Source of the DNA: the human T2T-CHM13v2.0 reference genome, Homo sapiens | Assembly: GCF_009914755.1 (NCBI RefSeq) | Contig: NC_060929.1 | Reading direction: 5' to 3' (one strand) | DNA: 64,000 nucleotides | In this document: positions 38,881 to 54,442 of the stretch, one piece after another | How the letters are laid out: every line of letters begins with the position of its first letter | Position numbering within the stretch: the stretch's first letter is position 1 | The notes under the pieces: generated by a model | Seen by the model: the letters and a program-made list of their open reading frames with translations, nothing else | Database searches by the model: none | Told to the model about the DNA's origin: nothing | Position numbers and translations under genes: made by a program

Positions 38881-41318
38881 CCAATATGCTTCTTATAGAA
38901 ATAAAAATAATTATGTCTTTGATCAAATACTTTTTGACTATCAAATGTTTTGGCCTATTTTTCAACAATTATTAGTTTCTTGTGATTTTTTTATTTATGA
39001 ATTTTTTCACTAGGATATAATTGAATCAGCTTATAAATTTCATGGAGAAGTATTTTATAAAATATCCATACAATTACCACAGAAAAGTATTATTCCCAGT
39101 ACCTTAACACTAGTAAAAATAAAACTATAAGCCACTGTACTATACTTTTTAATTTATTAAATTAAATAAATTTATTATAAATGATTTTATGAATCTTATA
39201 AACTCTGCATTTCAAGAATTAACAGTTTTGGGAAATTGTAGGTCTTCACTGTGTATGCATTATTTATGTGCATCCCCATTTATTTACCATTATCTTGTAT
39301 CATAGCAATCCCAAAGAATCAACATTGCACCCTGGTCCACACAGTAGAAAAAAAATTTGCTTGAGTCACATTGGGTATTGACAAACATCACATTTTGCTA
39401 GTAAGCAATCAACCTTCAGAAATTGTAATCAGTTGTTTAATATCCCCCTTAGCTGAAAAGTCCCTTTGACCATTCAAAGATGCCTTTCAAACATTTAAAT
39501 CATATTGGTTAATCTGAGTACCAGGCACTGTCTTGAGGCCATACACTAAACAAGACACTAAATGTTCCTTTTTCAACAAGACCTAGACATTCTATTCCTA
39601 AATATCTTTAGATATAAATGTACCAACCTTATACTTTTCACTGTATCTGCCACAACTAGCATGGAGCTAGCCCCAAACAAGCACTGAATAAATGTTGTCT
39701 GGACACTCGTCTGTCTTCACAATTTGACACCATTGTGCTCGGGGAAACAACTGCTACTTAACAGTAAGTTTAGTGTTCAGCACACAGTTATATAAGATCA
39801 ATAAATATTCACAATGAACTAAAAGCATGTTTTAAGAATGCATATGATTTATTTGTGTTGTTCCTTATGTTGTATTGTAATTTGTTATATTTTATACTCC
39901 AGAACAATTATCTATTAATGGAATAATATATTTACAATTTAAGAGTATCTTTAATGTGTTATTATGAAAACAAAAACAATCTGCTATCAGTTAAAATTTT
40001 CTCTAAAGTCTTAGCAAACACACTGCACATCAAATGGCAGTGACAAATAATCTCTGGGCTCTGTAAATGGAAAACACCATGGTTGAAAGTTAGCTATTTG
40101 ATTTAGGATGCAACATAAAAGCCTGATGACATTTTCCCTGTTTTATACACAGACAAACTGAAGAGCAAAAGATGAATTGACTTTATCAAGAAAAATTGGC
40201 AAATAAAATGGCTCGTCACTGTGATTTATCTTGGTTCTTGTTTCTTGCTCTTAATCAGGGGCTGTTTTGGAAGCCAAGTGTTAGCTTCTTTGTGGAATGA
40301 TGTGTTTCAACAACCCCAATTTCTTTTATTATGATTAGAAATACATTTTATCTCATTTTAAAATTGCTGTATGATTTTATTTGTGTGTTTACAGATAATG
40401 TATTTGACTGAGTTTATAAGTTTTGTTGTTGGACTTTTCAGATACCTATAGGTGACATGGTGCTTAGCTGAAGGCCTTGCTTCTTTTGCTTCACAGAAGG
40501 TTTATAGATATGTGACCTTACCAATTAAACGCCGATTCTCGGTTTTCAACAGAACTTCTATTGAAAGTTAAACAGAACAGTATTAAACAGAACAGTGTCT
40601 TCAGTGAAGACACTGAACATGCTCAGCTTACTGCATTGGGCTGCTGTGTGAAACAATTGAGATAATGCCCTTGAAAATATGTTTGCAAGATATGAAATTC
40701 TCTACAAAGTACAGGACCACATATAATAGAAATATTATTCTTATATGTTTATATAAGTAAGTTTGATATACATTAACTTTATCACTGGGAGTAAGTTTCT
40801 CATGCACCAGTTCTGTATTTTTTGGTCTTTGTGATTAATTTTCCTAAACTGTTAAAATAACAGTTTATTGTCCCAGCTACCCCTACGATGCTTTCTCTCT
40901 TCTTGCAGGTTTATGACTGCCCAGCTTTCATCAGAGTGTTAGGGAAACTTATTGATATATTTTTTAAATTCTTGAATTAATTTTTCCATTTTTTTCTACT
41001 TATTATAAGTTAAGTTTAAAAAAATGGCTCTCGTGAGAATCTTTGTTCATCAAAAAATGAGGAAGTGACGTATCTTATAAAATCTTATTGGGGGAATGTC
41101 ATTTGTGACGTCTTTCATTTAAAGGTTTTATGTTAATTAGATACAATTGATTTGGCTTAAAATGTTAAAAGCAATATCAAAACTAATATTCTAAATAATT
41201 TAATTATGTAATATAAAAGTAGATTTCCCATAATATCCTGAGAATACAGTAGTTTAGACACTTATAATTTTATTAAATAAAAAGGCGAAGGGTAATAGAA
41301 ATTCATTAAATATTATAA

Positions 41319-41684
41319 CACGGCTTCACTTCAACTTATAATGAAGTTATTCCCCAATAAACCCATTTTAAGTTGAAAGCATCTAAGTTGAAAATGCGTT
41401 TAATACACCTAACCTACAGAACATTGTAGCTTACTCTAACTTACTGTAAAAATGCCCAGAACACTTACATTTGCCTACGTTTGGGCAAAATCATCAAACT
41501 CAAAGCCTATTTTATAATAAAGTGATGACTATTTCATGTAATTTATTAAATGCTGTACTGAAGGTGAAAAATAAAATATTTGTATAGGTATCAAAGAAAA
41601 ATTTTTACTTAATGTGTTTCCCTTTTGCACTGTCATAAAGTCAAAAAATCCTAAATCCAACCATCATAGGTTGGGGACCATCTG
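41319..41684 (+). mobile_element. MER47A (Tigger family) DNA transposon
   Basis: 'cttcaacttataatgaagttattccccaataaacccat...ttgggcaaaatcatc...ccatcataggttggggaccatctg' followed by TA. Confidence 0.85.
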
Positions 41685-42777
41685 TATTTCCTGAATCTTT
41701 AAAAAGAGCCTATTTAATATCATAAAGGCAATCCTCACAGTGTTTAACATAAGTTTATATTTTGCTAAATATATCTAAATAACTACGAAAGATTAATGAA
41801 AGGCAACTTTAAGATGGGACTATTTTTATTGATGACATTTTCAAATTAGAGATATGTATTTTTAATAAAAAATGTAAAAAGTATGATGATTACTGATGAA
41901 AAACTCATATTCCAAATAAGACTATGATAGATCAAGTAACAAAAACTACATCAACAGAGAATAACTTCAGAAAAGCCAAGCTGGAACATCAACTCTAATT
42001 TTGCTTGAGCCATGCATCATTATAAATTTCTCTGGTGACCCTGTATCTGAAACACACGAAGAAAACTTTGAAAATGTAGAGCTCCACTATCCCTGCTTCC
42101 ACTCTCTCCCACCATCCCCAGTGATTCTGATGCAGTGTCATTTGAGACCTACTGATCTTGATACCAGAAAAACGCTACACTTTAGAATTACCTAATAATC
42201 TCAATAAAACATATTTGGGATGCAAATTTAAGTGCATTTATTACTTTATTCAAGGTCGTATTATCACTCATAGCTTAGCATGTCAACTTCTTTTTTGGGA
42301 ATATGACTTGACACAAACTCAAAATAATCATATCTACCTAGAGAAGGTTACTTTCAAAGGACTACCATTAAGGTGGCTGGTAAAATTCAAAGTCTCCAGA
42401 GAATATGAGAAAACATTCTTTGATGAAATGTAAATTTAAAGTATCCAATTTTGTTTTCTTTTCCACAGCATGTCCAGTGAACAAATATAATAATAAATTT
42501 TTCATACTTTTTTTCTTTAAAAGCCACAGTAAGAAAAAGTAGGTATATAGACTTAAGCCTGGCAAGTGAGAAAAAGGATAATATTGAAGATCCTCAGCAA
42601 AAGTTTTCTGACTGGGGCAAGAAATTATGACAATATTAATAGTCAAATATGGAATACTATTAAAAATTCTGACACTATCCAAATAAATTTATTTTTTTAC
42701 AGTGGGTTATACCAACATTGGCCCTTAGAAAATGGGCTAAATTTATATTGAGAAGCTCCTCTAGTAACATGTAAATA

Positions 42778-43087
42778 CAGCCAGCCCTCCATATCCATGG
42801 ATTCCTCATCCAAAGATTCAACCAACCACTGATAAATATATATTGGAAAAAAAAACAACAGTAAAAAATAATACAAATAAAAAAATCACTATAATAAATA
42901 TTTACCTAGTATTTACATTGTATTAGGTATCACCAATAAGCCAGAGATTATTTAACATGTAGGGAAGGATGTATGTGGTTTATATGCAAATACTTTGCCA
43001 TTTTATATCAGTGACTTGAGCGTTGAGTATATTGGTATCTCTACAGGATCCTGGAAGCAAACCACTGTGGATTCTGAGAGCAGACTG
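42778..43087. mobile_element. MER2 (Tigger family) DNA transposon
   Basis: TIR-like ends 'cagccagccctccatatccatgg' and 'ctgtggattctgagagcagactg'; TA on both sides; internal 'tatatgcaaatactttgccattttatatcagtgacttgagc'. Confidence 0.85.
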
Positions 43088-44219
43088 TAGTATTTTAGAC
43101 CAGTTTTTTAGTTCATTAAAGAAAAAAGAAGCAATGCTATATCTAACTAAATATCTGAATTCATACTAGATGCTTTCAGTTTATTTTAGACTTCCTCTGA
43201 TTATTTGGTCTTTTGCTGTATGCGCTCATGTGTTGTGTTTTGAGGCATCATTAAAAAGATGCCACAGAAATAGAAGGAAACATCTCACCACCAAAAACAA
43301 TCCTCTAACACCATCCATATGTCATAATACATTAGAAACATACCTATTGTGGCCTTTATTGTATGACTCACATAATCACTGCTAGCTCTCACCCAAATAA
43401 AGTTGCTAATGTATTAATACTATCTACTTGTTTCCAATCTCAAACTAATTACGAATTCAGACTCACAGTGTACTGTAGCAAAGCTACCAGGCCATTAGTT
43501 GATTTTAATTAAATGAAAGTCTTCCAGTGATTATGGACTAATTAATTTTTAACCCAACTGTAAATTAAAGAAGCATTGCTCACTAACGATGAACATTCCC
43601 ATATTTCACCATTATATAGGTCTCTGTATATATTAGGTAGTTCATTCCTAAGGAAAGAAGAAATGAAATGCAGATGTTAGACATTATTTTGGCAAGAATT
43701 TTTTTTCTATTCTTTTCTGTTGTTATAGTTTATTCTAGTTTCGTGCCAGGGTTTGAAACTTAAGAAAATAAATGATGAGTTTATTTCTAGGGCTATATTG
43801 TGACCTATTGTGACCCTAATAACATAGCAGCCTTGTCCCTTTCCTTTTGTTTATCTCGTTTACCTTTTATTACAATTTACAAACCCCTGTCCCAATACAC
43901 ACTTTCAACGTGGACTCTACACTAAGTTCTTCCTTCCATTCACTTGGAACATTTATTGAATAAAATAAGCTAAATGAGAAAAGCTGCCATGAAATTAAAG
44001 CAATGCTGTCATCTCTAAAGAACGTGGCTCTTTGAGGCATTGTTCTTTACAGAAAACTTTGTATAAATGTTTAATCATACATGATGGGTCATGTACAATA
44101 TCGCACAGATATTACAAGTGGAAAGACTGAAGACTATACAGAAAAAGGTAAAGACAATGAAATAAAGAACAGAAACAATACTACATCATTGGTTTTGGGT
44201 TCAAAATATGTGCTAAAAA

Positions 44220-44480
44220 TATAAAAACATCCTCAAAATGCTAAATACAACTTTAGGATAATGGTGTCTCCTGAGGAAAATGGCCAGGAAACTGGTGAAC
44301 ATAGGGTATATGGGAGTAGGGTTTGGCTTTGTCTATAATTATTTTTTCTTCAAAAGAAAGGAAATCTGGAATAATGGTAATAGTACTATTTTCTGAGAAA
44401 TGATACTTGGTTGTTATCTCTACAAGTTTTATAACTTTATGTAAGTTTTCAATATGTTTATATTTAACAATTAAAATAAG
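44220..44480 (+). mobile_element. Old L1M (L1ME-like) 3' end
   Basis: 'tttaggataatggtgtctcctgagg...ttttgtctataattattttttct...tatctctacaagttt'. Confidence 0.45.
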
Positions 44481-45016
44481 GATAATAAAGAATACCAAAA
44501 TATTTTAAATATTTAATATCAAAGATAAAATAGAGTTGGTGAAATATCTGTGACTTGCTTATCCAGTTGTTGATAACCAAATTATCTCCCAATCAAAATT
44601 CAGGTATTTTTGGATAGAGCACATCATTAAAACAATTAGAATATCCAGGCCACATATGGATTATATTTGTTATTCAAATAATCATTAGAAGTATTAGGTT
44701 ATTGATTGGATCAGTAACTTGGTCATAAACATGATAATGAGAAAATAAAAACAAATTTACTAAAATCATTTTATCACCCTAATTAGTTCAGTCTCAGGAC
44801 GTCACGCTGAAATTTTTTTGCCCTTCTAATTCACCTCAACTCTAACATTAAACAGAAGCTTATGAGCCAGTGAATGGGGGAAAAAAAGGAGTTTTCCCTT
44901 CTTTTTCCAGTCACATTATTGTTCAGCAGTGTTTTAAAACCTTCCTGATGCTAGGGTTCATTTTTATGTTGGTTGTCATTCAAAAACAAGGAATGAGAAT
45001 CCTTATATTTATATAA

Positions 45017-45550
<534 letters not shown>

Positions 45551-45571
45551 ATTTTTAGAATTTTTAAAAGA

Positions 45572-46165
45572 TTTTATTTTTTAGAGCAGTTTTAGGTTCA
45601 CGGCAAAATTCAGAGAAAGGTACAGAGATTGCCCATATACCTCTTCCCTTACATATACACAGCCTCTCCCATTATTAATGTCCCTCAGCAGTGGTACAAT
45701 TGTTATAACTGATAATCCTATATTGACACCGAAATGATCACGGCACCTATAATTATCACCCAAAGTCCATAGTTTAGGGTTCATTCTCAGTGTTGTACAG
45801 TCTATGGGTGTGGGCAGAGATACAATGATGTGTACTGGCCATTGTAGTATCATGCAAAGTCTTTTCACTGCCCTAGAAATTTTCTGTGCTCTACCTGTTT
45901 ATCCTTTCCCACTGTTTGTTCCTCAACTAGTGGCAACTACTGATGTTTTTACTGTATCCATAGTTTTGCCTTTTCCCAAAAGCTATATAGTTGAAACACA
46001 GATTGGCTTATTTCACTTGGTAATATTCATTTGTGATTCCTTTATGTCTTTTTATGGCTTGATAATTTATTTCTTTTTAGCACTGAATAATATTCCATTG
46101 TATAGCTGTATCACTGTTTATTTATTTGTTTACTTATTGGAAGAGGTCTTGGTTGGTTCAAAAAT
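45572..46165 (-). mobile_element. L1MB/L1MC-type 3' end
   Basis: 'ttagagcagttttaggttcacggcaaaatt...cccaaagtccatagtttagggttcattctc...gaataatattccattgtatag'. Confidence 0.8.
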
Positions 46166-49100
46166 CGGTTAAATTTTTATATTTGTGCTAATAAAGGGTT
46201 TTTTTGGTAAGATTATTGTCTGCTTTTGGTTCAGGGTAATGTTTGTGTTATTAAATGATTTGGGGTATACACATACTCTTTATTTTTAGAGGTATGTTTG
46301 TCTCCAACTGGTAACTGCAGATGGAGATTGAATGTGATTCTTAACCAGAGCGGTATTAGGGAAAATAAATTGAAAGAATGAGTGCCGAAGAAATGGGCAA
46401 ACAATTAATGGGGTGCTATTGCCAAATTATTTGATGTGAAGGAGAGGGAGAAGTAAAGGATTGCACCAATGTTTTGCAGATGGGTGCCTGAGTCCTTGTT
46501 CCATCAGGAGATGCAAACAATTCAGCAGAATGAATAATTTGCAGAGAACAAATGTAAACATTAAGCAATAAGCTATAAGCTACCTTAACACTGTACTTTC
46601 ATTTACTCCTAGATAAACTTCTCTAAAATTTAAAATTTAATATTGTAGAAGAGATATAACTAGAACATATAGAAACAAATAACAATTATGACTCAACAGA
46701 AAGTGATTCTTCAATTATTGGGCTAGCAGTTAATGCTAACTTCTAATAAAAACACCACTCATTGGCTAATGCAATGCTATTTTAGAAATATTTCCTACCA
46801 TTTTCCTAAAATCTGAGGTGAAAAAATTTAATGAACGTATTTAGCCTGATTCTTCTAGAAGATAAATGTGTAATAATTTCTTGAGGCTATGTAAACATAT
46901 CCAAAATGAAACTGAGATTTGAAATTAAGGTGCAAATCACTAACCTAACTCATCTAATGTAGCAGATAAAATTTGCCCTTTAAGAAACAATGAGAAGCTA
47001 CAGATACACTGGCATTTAAGATTTGGAAAATATCTTTATGTTTTGTGCATCAGTGTATTTTTTTTCTCGGTTGCCACTGAAACAGTATTGAAGATCCTGT
47101 CAAGACTTAGCTAAAGATTTAATTTCCAAGAAATGTGATGCTATATCCTTCTTTAGGGTGTTTGAGAGTGCTAAACTCCCCCCAAACAAGGAAAAGAGAT
47201 ATGTTAAAATGACACAAGCTAAACACAGGGCACTCACTTCCAAAAGTGATTACATCTGCCCTTCCCATTTTCTAGTCTTCATGTCATTTAGTGCATGTTG
47301 GTACAACCACAAAGAAATGTGCACAGGCTACTGGAGTTATTTACTTATACTTCAGAATTCTTTAATTCTGAAGGGACAGCTACATGATTAAATTGAGATT
47401 TTTATTTAATTATTACAAATGTATGAATTATGATAAAATATAACATACTATTGTTTATTAATATTAAGTTAAAAATTTGAGCTATTGATAGTTATTAAAC
47501 AATAGTTAAACTATAAAAGAATAAAATATCCTACTTTATTCTTGTAATATTTGTGAACAATTTGGAAAATTCAAGCATTGTAAACTGATTTTGTAAATTG
47601 CATACTTGTGCCATAAATTTCTTTGAAATATGTTTCCCTTCTAAACAGTAACCTTTTGACATACCAAGTGCTATCTTGTAAAACACACTTCTAAACAGCT
47701 CAGATCTACATTTCTACCCTCTCTTAGAGTTTAGATGAATTTTCCTTTATTGTAAGCTAAAGAGAAGCCATTGTGTAACTTGGAGACCTACACCTTTGGT
47801 GAGAGTTTTCTTACAAAATAAATTACCACCTAATATATATCTCGTTATTACTAACATTGGGATTTTTAACAAAACTAACACAGGATACTTAATTTGGAAA
47901 ATACCAGGTTAAAATTCTCACAACTGTTTCTCCATCATTCTTTTGCCTCAACAAGTACTATATTCCATCTTAGATCCCATTATGAAGTGGAGGAATTAGC
48001 AGCAAAAAGATTCTCAAGGAAAACTACACAGTAACTAAAAATTGAGTTGAGATGTAAATATCAGGAACCATCTGCAGGAAAAGGAAACCTTCTCTGCCAC
48101 ATTAAATGATCCACTCCAAGAATTTCTCTTCTTGTGTTTCTTTTGCCCAACTAAAAGAGGATTATTCCACTCTACCAGGTATCTGGGATTAAAGTTTCTT
48201 GATAAATTCAGTTCCATTGAGGGTACCATGGGAGGTAACTGCATGAAACTTTAATGAGATTGAAGATTAAAAATTCACACCTTTGAGATACTCCTTGTGA
48301 CTGTGTTTTCATTGTAGTAACAACTGAAATGGACTTCACAAGAACACAGAGGTCTGAGAAACGTTCAGAAGAGGGGAGGTGATGCTATAAATCTGGAGAA
48401 GTGATATTTTAAAACAAATCAATCATATTTAACAAAAAAGAAATATCCCCTGCAAGTTCTATCCTAAAGGTGGAGTGCACGTGCAATGAACAGTTCACAG
48501 CAGCTTTGGAAATATCTGTCACTCCAGATAATTTTTAGAATATTTTTAGAATATTCTAAAAATATTCAAAATATTTTTAGAATAGCAAATGGTATCATTT
48601 CCTATGGTAAACTGGAACTTTGACAAATTAATCTATGATTATTAAAATTAATTTTACTTAGTATTTTTACAGAAATACATATTCCCATGAAAAATTGGAG
48701 AAAGGATTGAATGTATTTTCATATATACGTATATTGTTATGGTTGAAAACACATTAGAGATCATTTAGTTGCTTGTTTTACAGATGATGAATCAGGAAAT
48801 GATGTTTACATTTTGTTAATATGAGGATAACAGAAATAGGGTCATTAGCTCTTAAACATATTTCTTAGTGTTTTTCTCATTATTGAGACTATTAGAAAAC
48901 ATGTACATAAAAAAAACTTTAGAATCAGTAGTTGTCAACTTCAGAACAGTTCTTTAAAAATCTATCCCCACATCAAATTTACACTCACAGTCATCTAAAA
49001 CTTGAGGAAACTAAGATGAGAGTATCATTTTCAAATTTTGCTAATTGCAAAACCTAATTTGTGATCTGATCTGTTATTTCTTATTTTTTTCTCTGAAAGT

Positions 49101-51062
49101 AATTCTCCCTCTCTCTCTCTTTTGTTTCATTGCTCTTTTCTTTTTCCATTGTGGGGGTTAGTGGGTGGAGCTGCAGTACCTTACCTTACTATGCCTACCA
49201 ATAAAGTTCTCAAATGAATTTTATTTTGCAGTTACTGCCCCTTGAGTGCATTCAAGTCCAGTAGAATGTTTCACTGCATTTTGAACCAGAATTTTTTTCT
49301 GTTGAATAAGGGAAATTTGGTTATGTTGGTACTGGGCCAGTGAAATTGTGCTTAGTAATGGGATGTTTACTTAATATTCCTTGACAAAACATAAGATTGC
49401 GATATGTTTCATATATTTTATATTCTGCAGAGGTATATCCAGAATAGAGAGAGGCCGGTACATCAAAGCATAAGCTACTTATATTTGAGACAGTACTACT
49501 GGCATTGTGTCTCAGTAAATATCCTTCTAATACACAGTATTTATTGCAAATAGATTAAAAGGAAGAAAAAAATGAAGGGCAACAAGGAAAATAAGAAAAT
49601 TTTAAAAAGATGACTAAAAAGGAAAATACTGTGAGAAAGAAATAATAGTATAGATAAACTCAGTTATTTCAATACTTTCAGGATTATTGATATGCCTATG
49701 GAATTTCTGAGATTTGGTGGATGTCTGGGAAGTCCTACCATTTATATTGCAGAGCTATTACCTCCTGTAAAACCAATTAATTTATCTTAGTTTGAAAATC
49801 CTTTTGAAGGTCCTAGTTTTTGAAATGACCATTGATGTTGGGCTGAATTTTTCTTTACGTAATCAGAAATTGTCTTACACATAAACCTTTCCACAAATAC
49901 TACAGCATTTTTTAAATTGTAGCAATTTGTATTAAGACAGCTTATGATAACTGGCTATAAGTTTATTAGGCTCTCTTTTTCAGTAGTGGATAAAGTATAA
50001 TAATGATAATAATAGTGACAATTATACACATATAGACAGATATACTGCTGGAAATATGGCTCATTCATTTTGAATGCCTGTTACCGTAATATCTAAGTTC
50101 TTCTGTGTGTATGATTATCATATGCCTTGTCTCTTGCATTTAATTTTGAGTGCTTTCATTTTTTATTGTTTAACAGTTCGGGATGGCACTTATACACAAT
50201 ATAGTTTTTAAACTGATTTAGCTCACTATTGACTACTTGAAAATAATGTGTATAGATTTGCAAATTACTGTTTTGGACTTCTGGTATAAAATAGCTAAAT
50301 AAAATGTCTAAATACCCTTGTAAAGTCAAGGAAGGAAGTAACATTCCAAATTAACAGATCAAAAATATATCTGCCTTTAAAATAGATTTTCAATGACCAG
50401 AGAGACCTGCAGAATAAGTACCAATGAACATGCAAATCCTTTCATTTCTCTTTGGACAGTACATGATCATTACATGCGTGTTTTCAAAATGAAGTAGAAA
50501 TATGAATGACCTTACAATCAGAATCTCACCACCACATAAGAATGCTTAAGTACTTTTAATACAATAGTTTGGGGTTTTTTTTTTTGCATCATTAAGGTTG
50601 TTAATTTCCTATAGATTTTATGTACAATTTCTACAGTCAAGTATTCTGAAGGCTAGAGTTCTTTGGGCATTAAAATGGCAAAGCCACAGTTATTATCCAT
50701 GTAAATCCCTTAGAAAATGTATTACTTTAATATATATTAACTGTATTAGTCGTTTAACTTGGGATAAAAGAATTAAATACCTATATTATTGTCTATGATA
50801 GATTCAGTATCTGAAACCTATGCAGATTCAGTTTCTCTGTGATGAGAAATTAGATGGAAAATACACTGAAGAAAAATAAATCATTTGTAACATCCACAGA
50901 GAGTGCATAACCACTGACTTTGCACCTCTTTAGGCCCGTCTGGATTGTGACTTCGGATGTATGTGGGTCAAACCAAGAAGACTTATATGTAACAGATTTC
51001 CCAATAACTCTTTGGGTCCTTGGACATCACTGAATGGAAGTAATCTTAAATCCTGAAGAGTT

Positions 51063-51434
<372 letters not shown>

Positions 51435-51829
51435 TCAAAAAAGAAAATTAAAAAGTAAAAGAACACTAGAACATAGTTTTCAAAATTTATTTTTCATGCG
51501 AGGAGAAGGCTAAGTGTTTGTATAAGATTCAAGGTGGGACAGTAAAAATAGAGCTCAGTCCTGTTTCTGCATACAAGGTCTGTGCATTTTCTAATGCAAA
51601 ATTCCCCTGTGTTGATGATAATTTAGGTTGTGATTACAGTGGGAAAAACTACTTTTCATTTTATAGTAAAATTTTGACCTTATAAACATGCCATGTTCAC
51701 AGATAAAAATAATTGAGTATTTCAAAAAAAATCTGAAACTTCTTTCTTCTTCTATTCTTTATGTGGAATTAAAAAACAATCTAGGGAATTCAGGAGCAGG
51801 ATGAGGTATGCCAAATTAGCTATTGAGTA

Positions 51830-51940
51830 AAATGGATACTATCTGTGTGATAGTTAAAATAAAAGCCCAGACTTGACCACTGGGCAATATATCTATGTAA
51901 CTTCACTTGTACCCCTTAAATCTATAAAAATAAATAAAAA
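51830..51940 (+). mobile_element. L1MA-type 3' end fragment
   Basis: 'aaaagcccagacttgaccactgggcaatatatctatgtaac...cacttgtaccccttaaatctataaaaataaa'. Confidence 0.75.
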
Positions 51941-54018
51941 TATCTAAAACTTTAGTCTTATTAAAAGCTCAAAACATGAACATAATTTATTTTTCCATGT
52001 TGTTTTATATGTGTTATACAATGTACATTTATTACATATTGCTAATAACACATATCAGGTATATAGTGTTATATAATATGTACATTTTAACTTGTGCATC
52101 AGAATTTGTGTTAAAGGAGTCTCATTTTGGGTGTGTTTGGGGTGGGGGTGGAATATTTAGATTTTTCAGATGATTGACCTTGAATACTAAAAGTAACTAC
52201 ATTAGATTGTCTTTGTCTATTTGTTTTTATCTTCATGAATTGAGATGGCAATAAAATGTAATACAAAAATCAATGTAAACCTTGTAATGAAATGGCAAGC
52301 TTGGTTATTCTTTTAATCATGTCTTTTAAAATAAAAGACATCAGTAGGCATTAAAATAAATGAATGTCTTTGAATAGATTCCCAAAAAAAAAAAGGCAGA
52401 CCATATTGTGAAAGCAAGAATAACTAAATATTGTATATTGTGATTAAAGATAGTAAATTTATAAAAACATTGTACATATGTTGGGTTTTCTCAACTACGG
52501 GCATGAGTATTTGATATCCCAACATATTTTTACACACCTGACAAGTTCGCATTTCTGTCTTTGTTCTACCTTCTGAAAAAGGTAAATATTTTAGGAGAAT
52601 TTTAGAAATATTTACAGATTAAAATGTAGGATAAAAGTACTAAGGCTTTATCAACCTTTTGATATAAATTTATTTCATAATTGTCACTTTATTTTATGAA
52701 CAATATAAAGAGATTTTTGAAACTAATAAATATATGGATTGCCAGTTTTTCAACATGGTTCCATTTATCAGCAAAAAGTGACTTATGCATCATTGTAAAA
52801 ATCAATTCCTCTGGTTAGCAAGATCTGCCAAATACAACAAATTCCAGTTGGTTGAATTGTGTTGTCTTTACCACTGAGAAAATTGGGACCATCTTCTTGT
52901 GCCCTTGAAACTGATGTTGACATTCATCTCTCTTGTAACCCCTACTCCAAGAAAATTGGGTTACAGGACTTTATGAAAGAGAAAAGCATGCATCTGCTGT
53001 TTCAAACTGCATCCCTGAGAAGATGAGATTTCAAAATTTCTCTGTAAAACAGAGGTAAAAGACTCCTTTACAAAGCAATTCTTGAGTTTAAGGTTTGTTT
53101 TACACTTTTATAAACCTTGGCGTATTGTACTTGTCAGAAAAACTTCATAACCTAACAATAACCTTTTGCTATCCTTTATGTAGTGTTGACCAGACAAATT
53201 GTCGTGCTATTCAGCTGAACAAGATTGATGACACAGCAAACTGCAAATGCAGAGCTTAGGAGAATATACCCCTTCAGTGAACTTCAGGGCACTCCACATC
53301 ACTTCCCTAGGCTGGGATGGCAGTATTCCCTTAAGGATTTTGATTTACAGGCTGTGAAATGCCAAAAATACAACTCCAGACATGAAAGAGTACATTGAAA
53401 ACAATGGAATAATAAACCTTTTTTCCCAAAAATAGGAGATGTGGCTATTTGCTGTTGGAAAAGAAGAATTGTTTTTAAAACTTCAGAAGAAAAAATAAGC
53501 AACATGGCTGTCTTTTCAATATACAAAATTAAAAATCATGTTTACTAAAGCTCTGCTTAAATTAAAAAAGTACTATGTATTTTTACATTTGTTTAGTACT
53601 GTTACATCTTACCACACTTACCATGATTTTAGTTACTTGTTTTAATAAATAGATTTCAAATGCTTGGAAATTTTGTATAAAACAAAACAAAAACTTTCAC
53701 TACAATGTTATGTCTTAGGATTGCATAATCCTGAGGGTTTTAAAAATTGTAATAAATTAAATTAAATTAAATTTATTTTTCAATGAAATGTCAACTTCTC
53801 CAAGAGTCTAAAACAGCATGCTCATTAAATTGAAGTTTCATTCTCTATCATTCAGACTGCCTGTGCATGGAGAAAATATGGTATTTTATATGATTGTGTA
53901 TAGTTTTCTATTTGAGGCATAATACTTAAAAGTCAACAAGAAGGCAACAGTCAGATTTACCTGCATCTTTAAAACAGTAATGTCATAATGCTTCATACTG
54001 TGTAAGATGTTCACTTAT

Positions 54019-54406
<388 letters not shown>

Positions 54407-54442
54407 TTAAGTCTGACATTTTGTTTTTTTTGGTATAATTTT

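Noticed and set aside
48035-48244. 69-aa minus-strand ORF with a nearby acceptor-like 'ttttcctgcag'
   Set aside because: No recognisable homology, and the length is within chance expectation.
52872-52968. Possible 97-nt minus-strand exon containing an 8-bp inverted repeat (tgtaaccc/gggttaca)
   Set aside because: Weak AAG acceptor and GTAAAG donor. The one open frame resembles no protein I recognise, and no partner exons were found.
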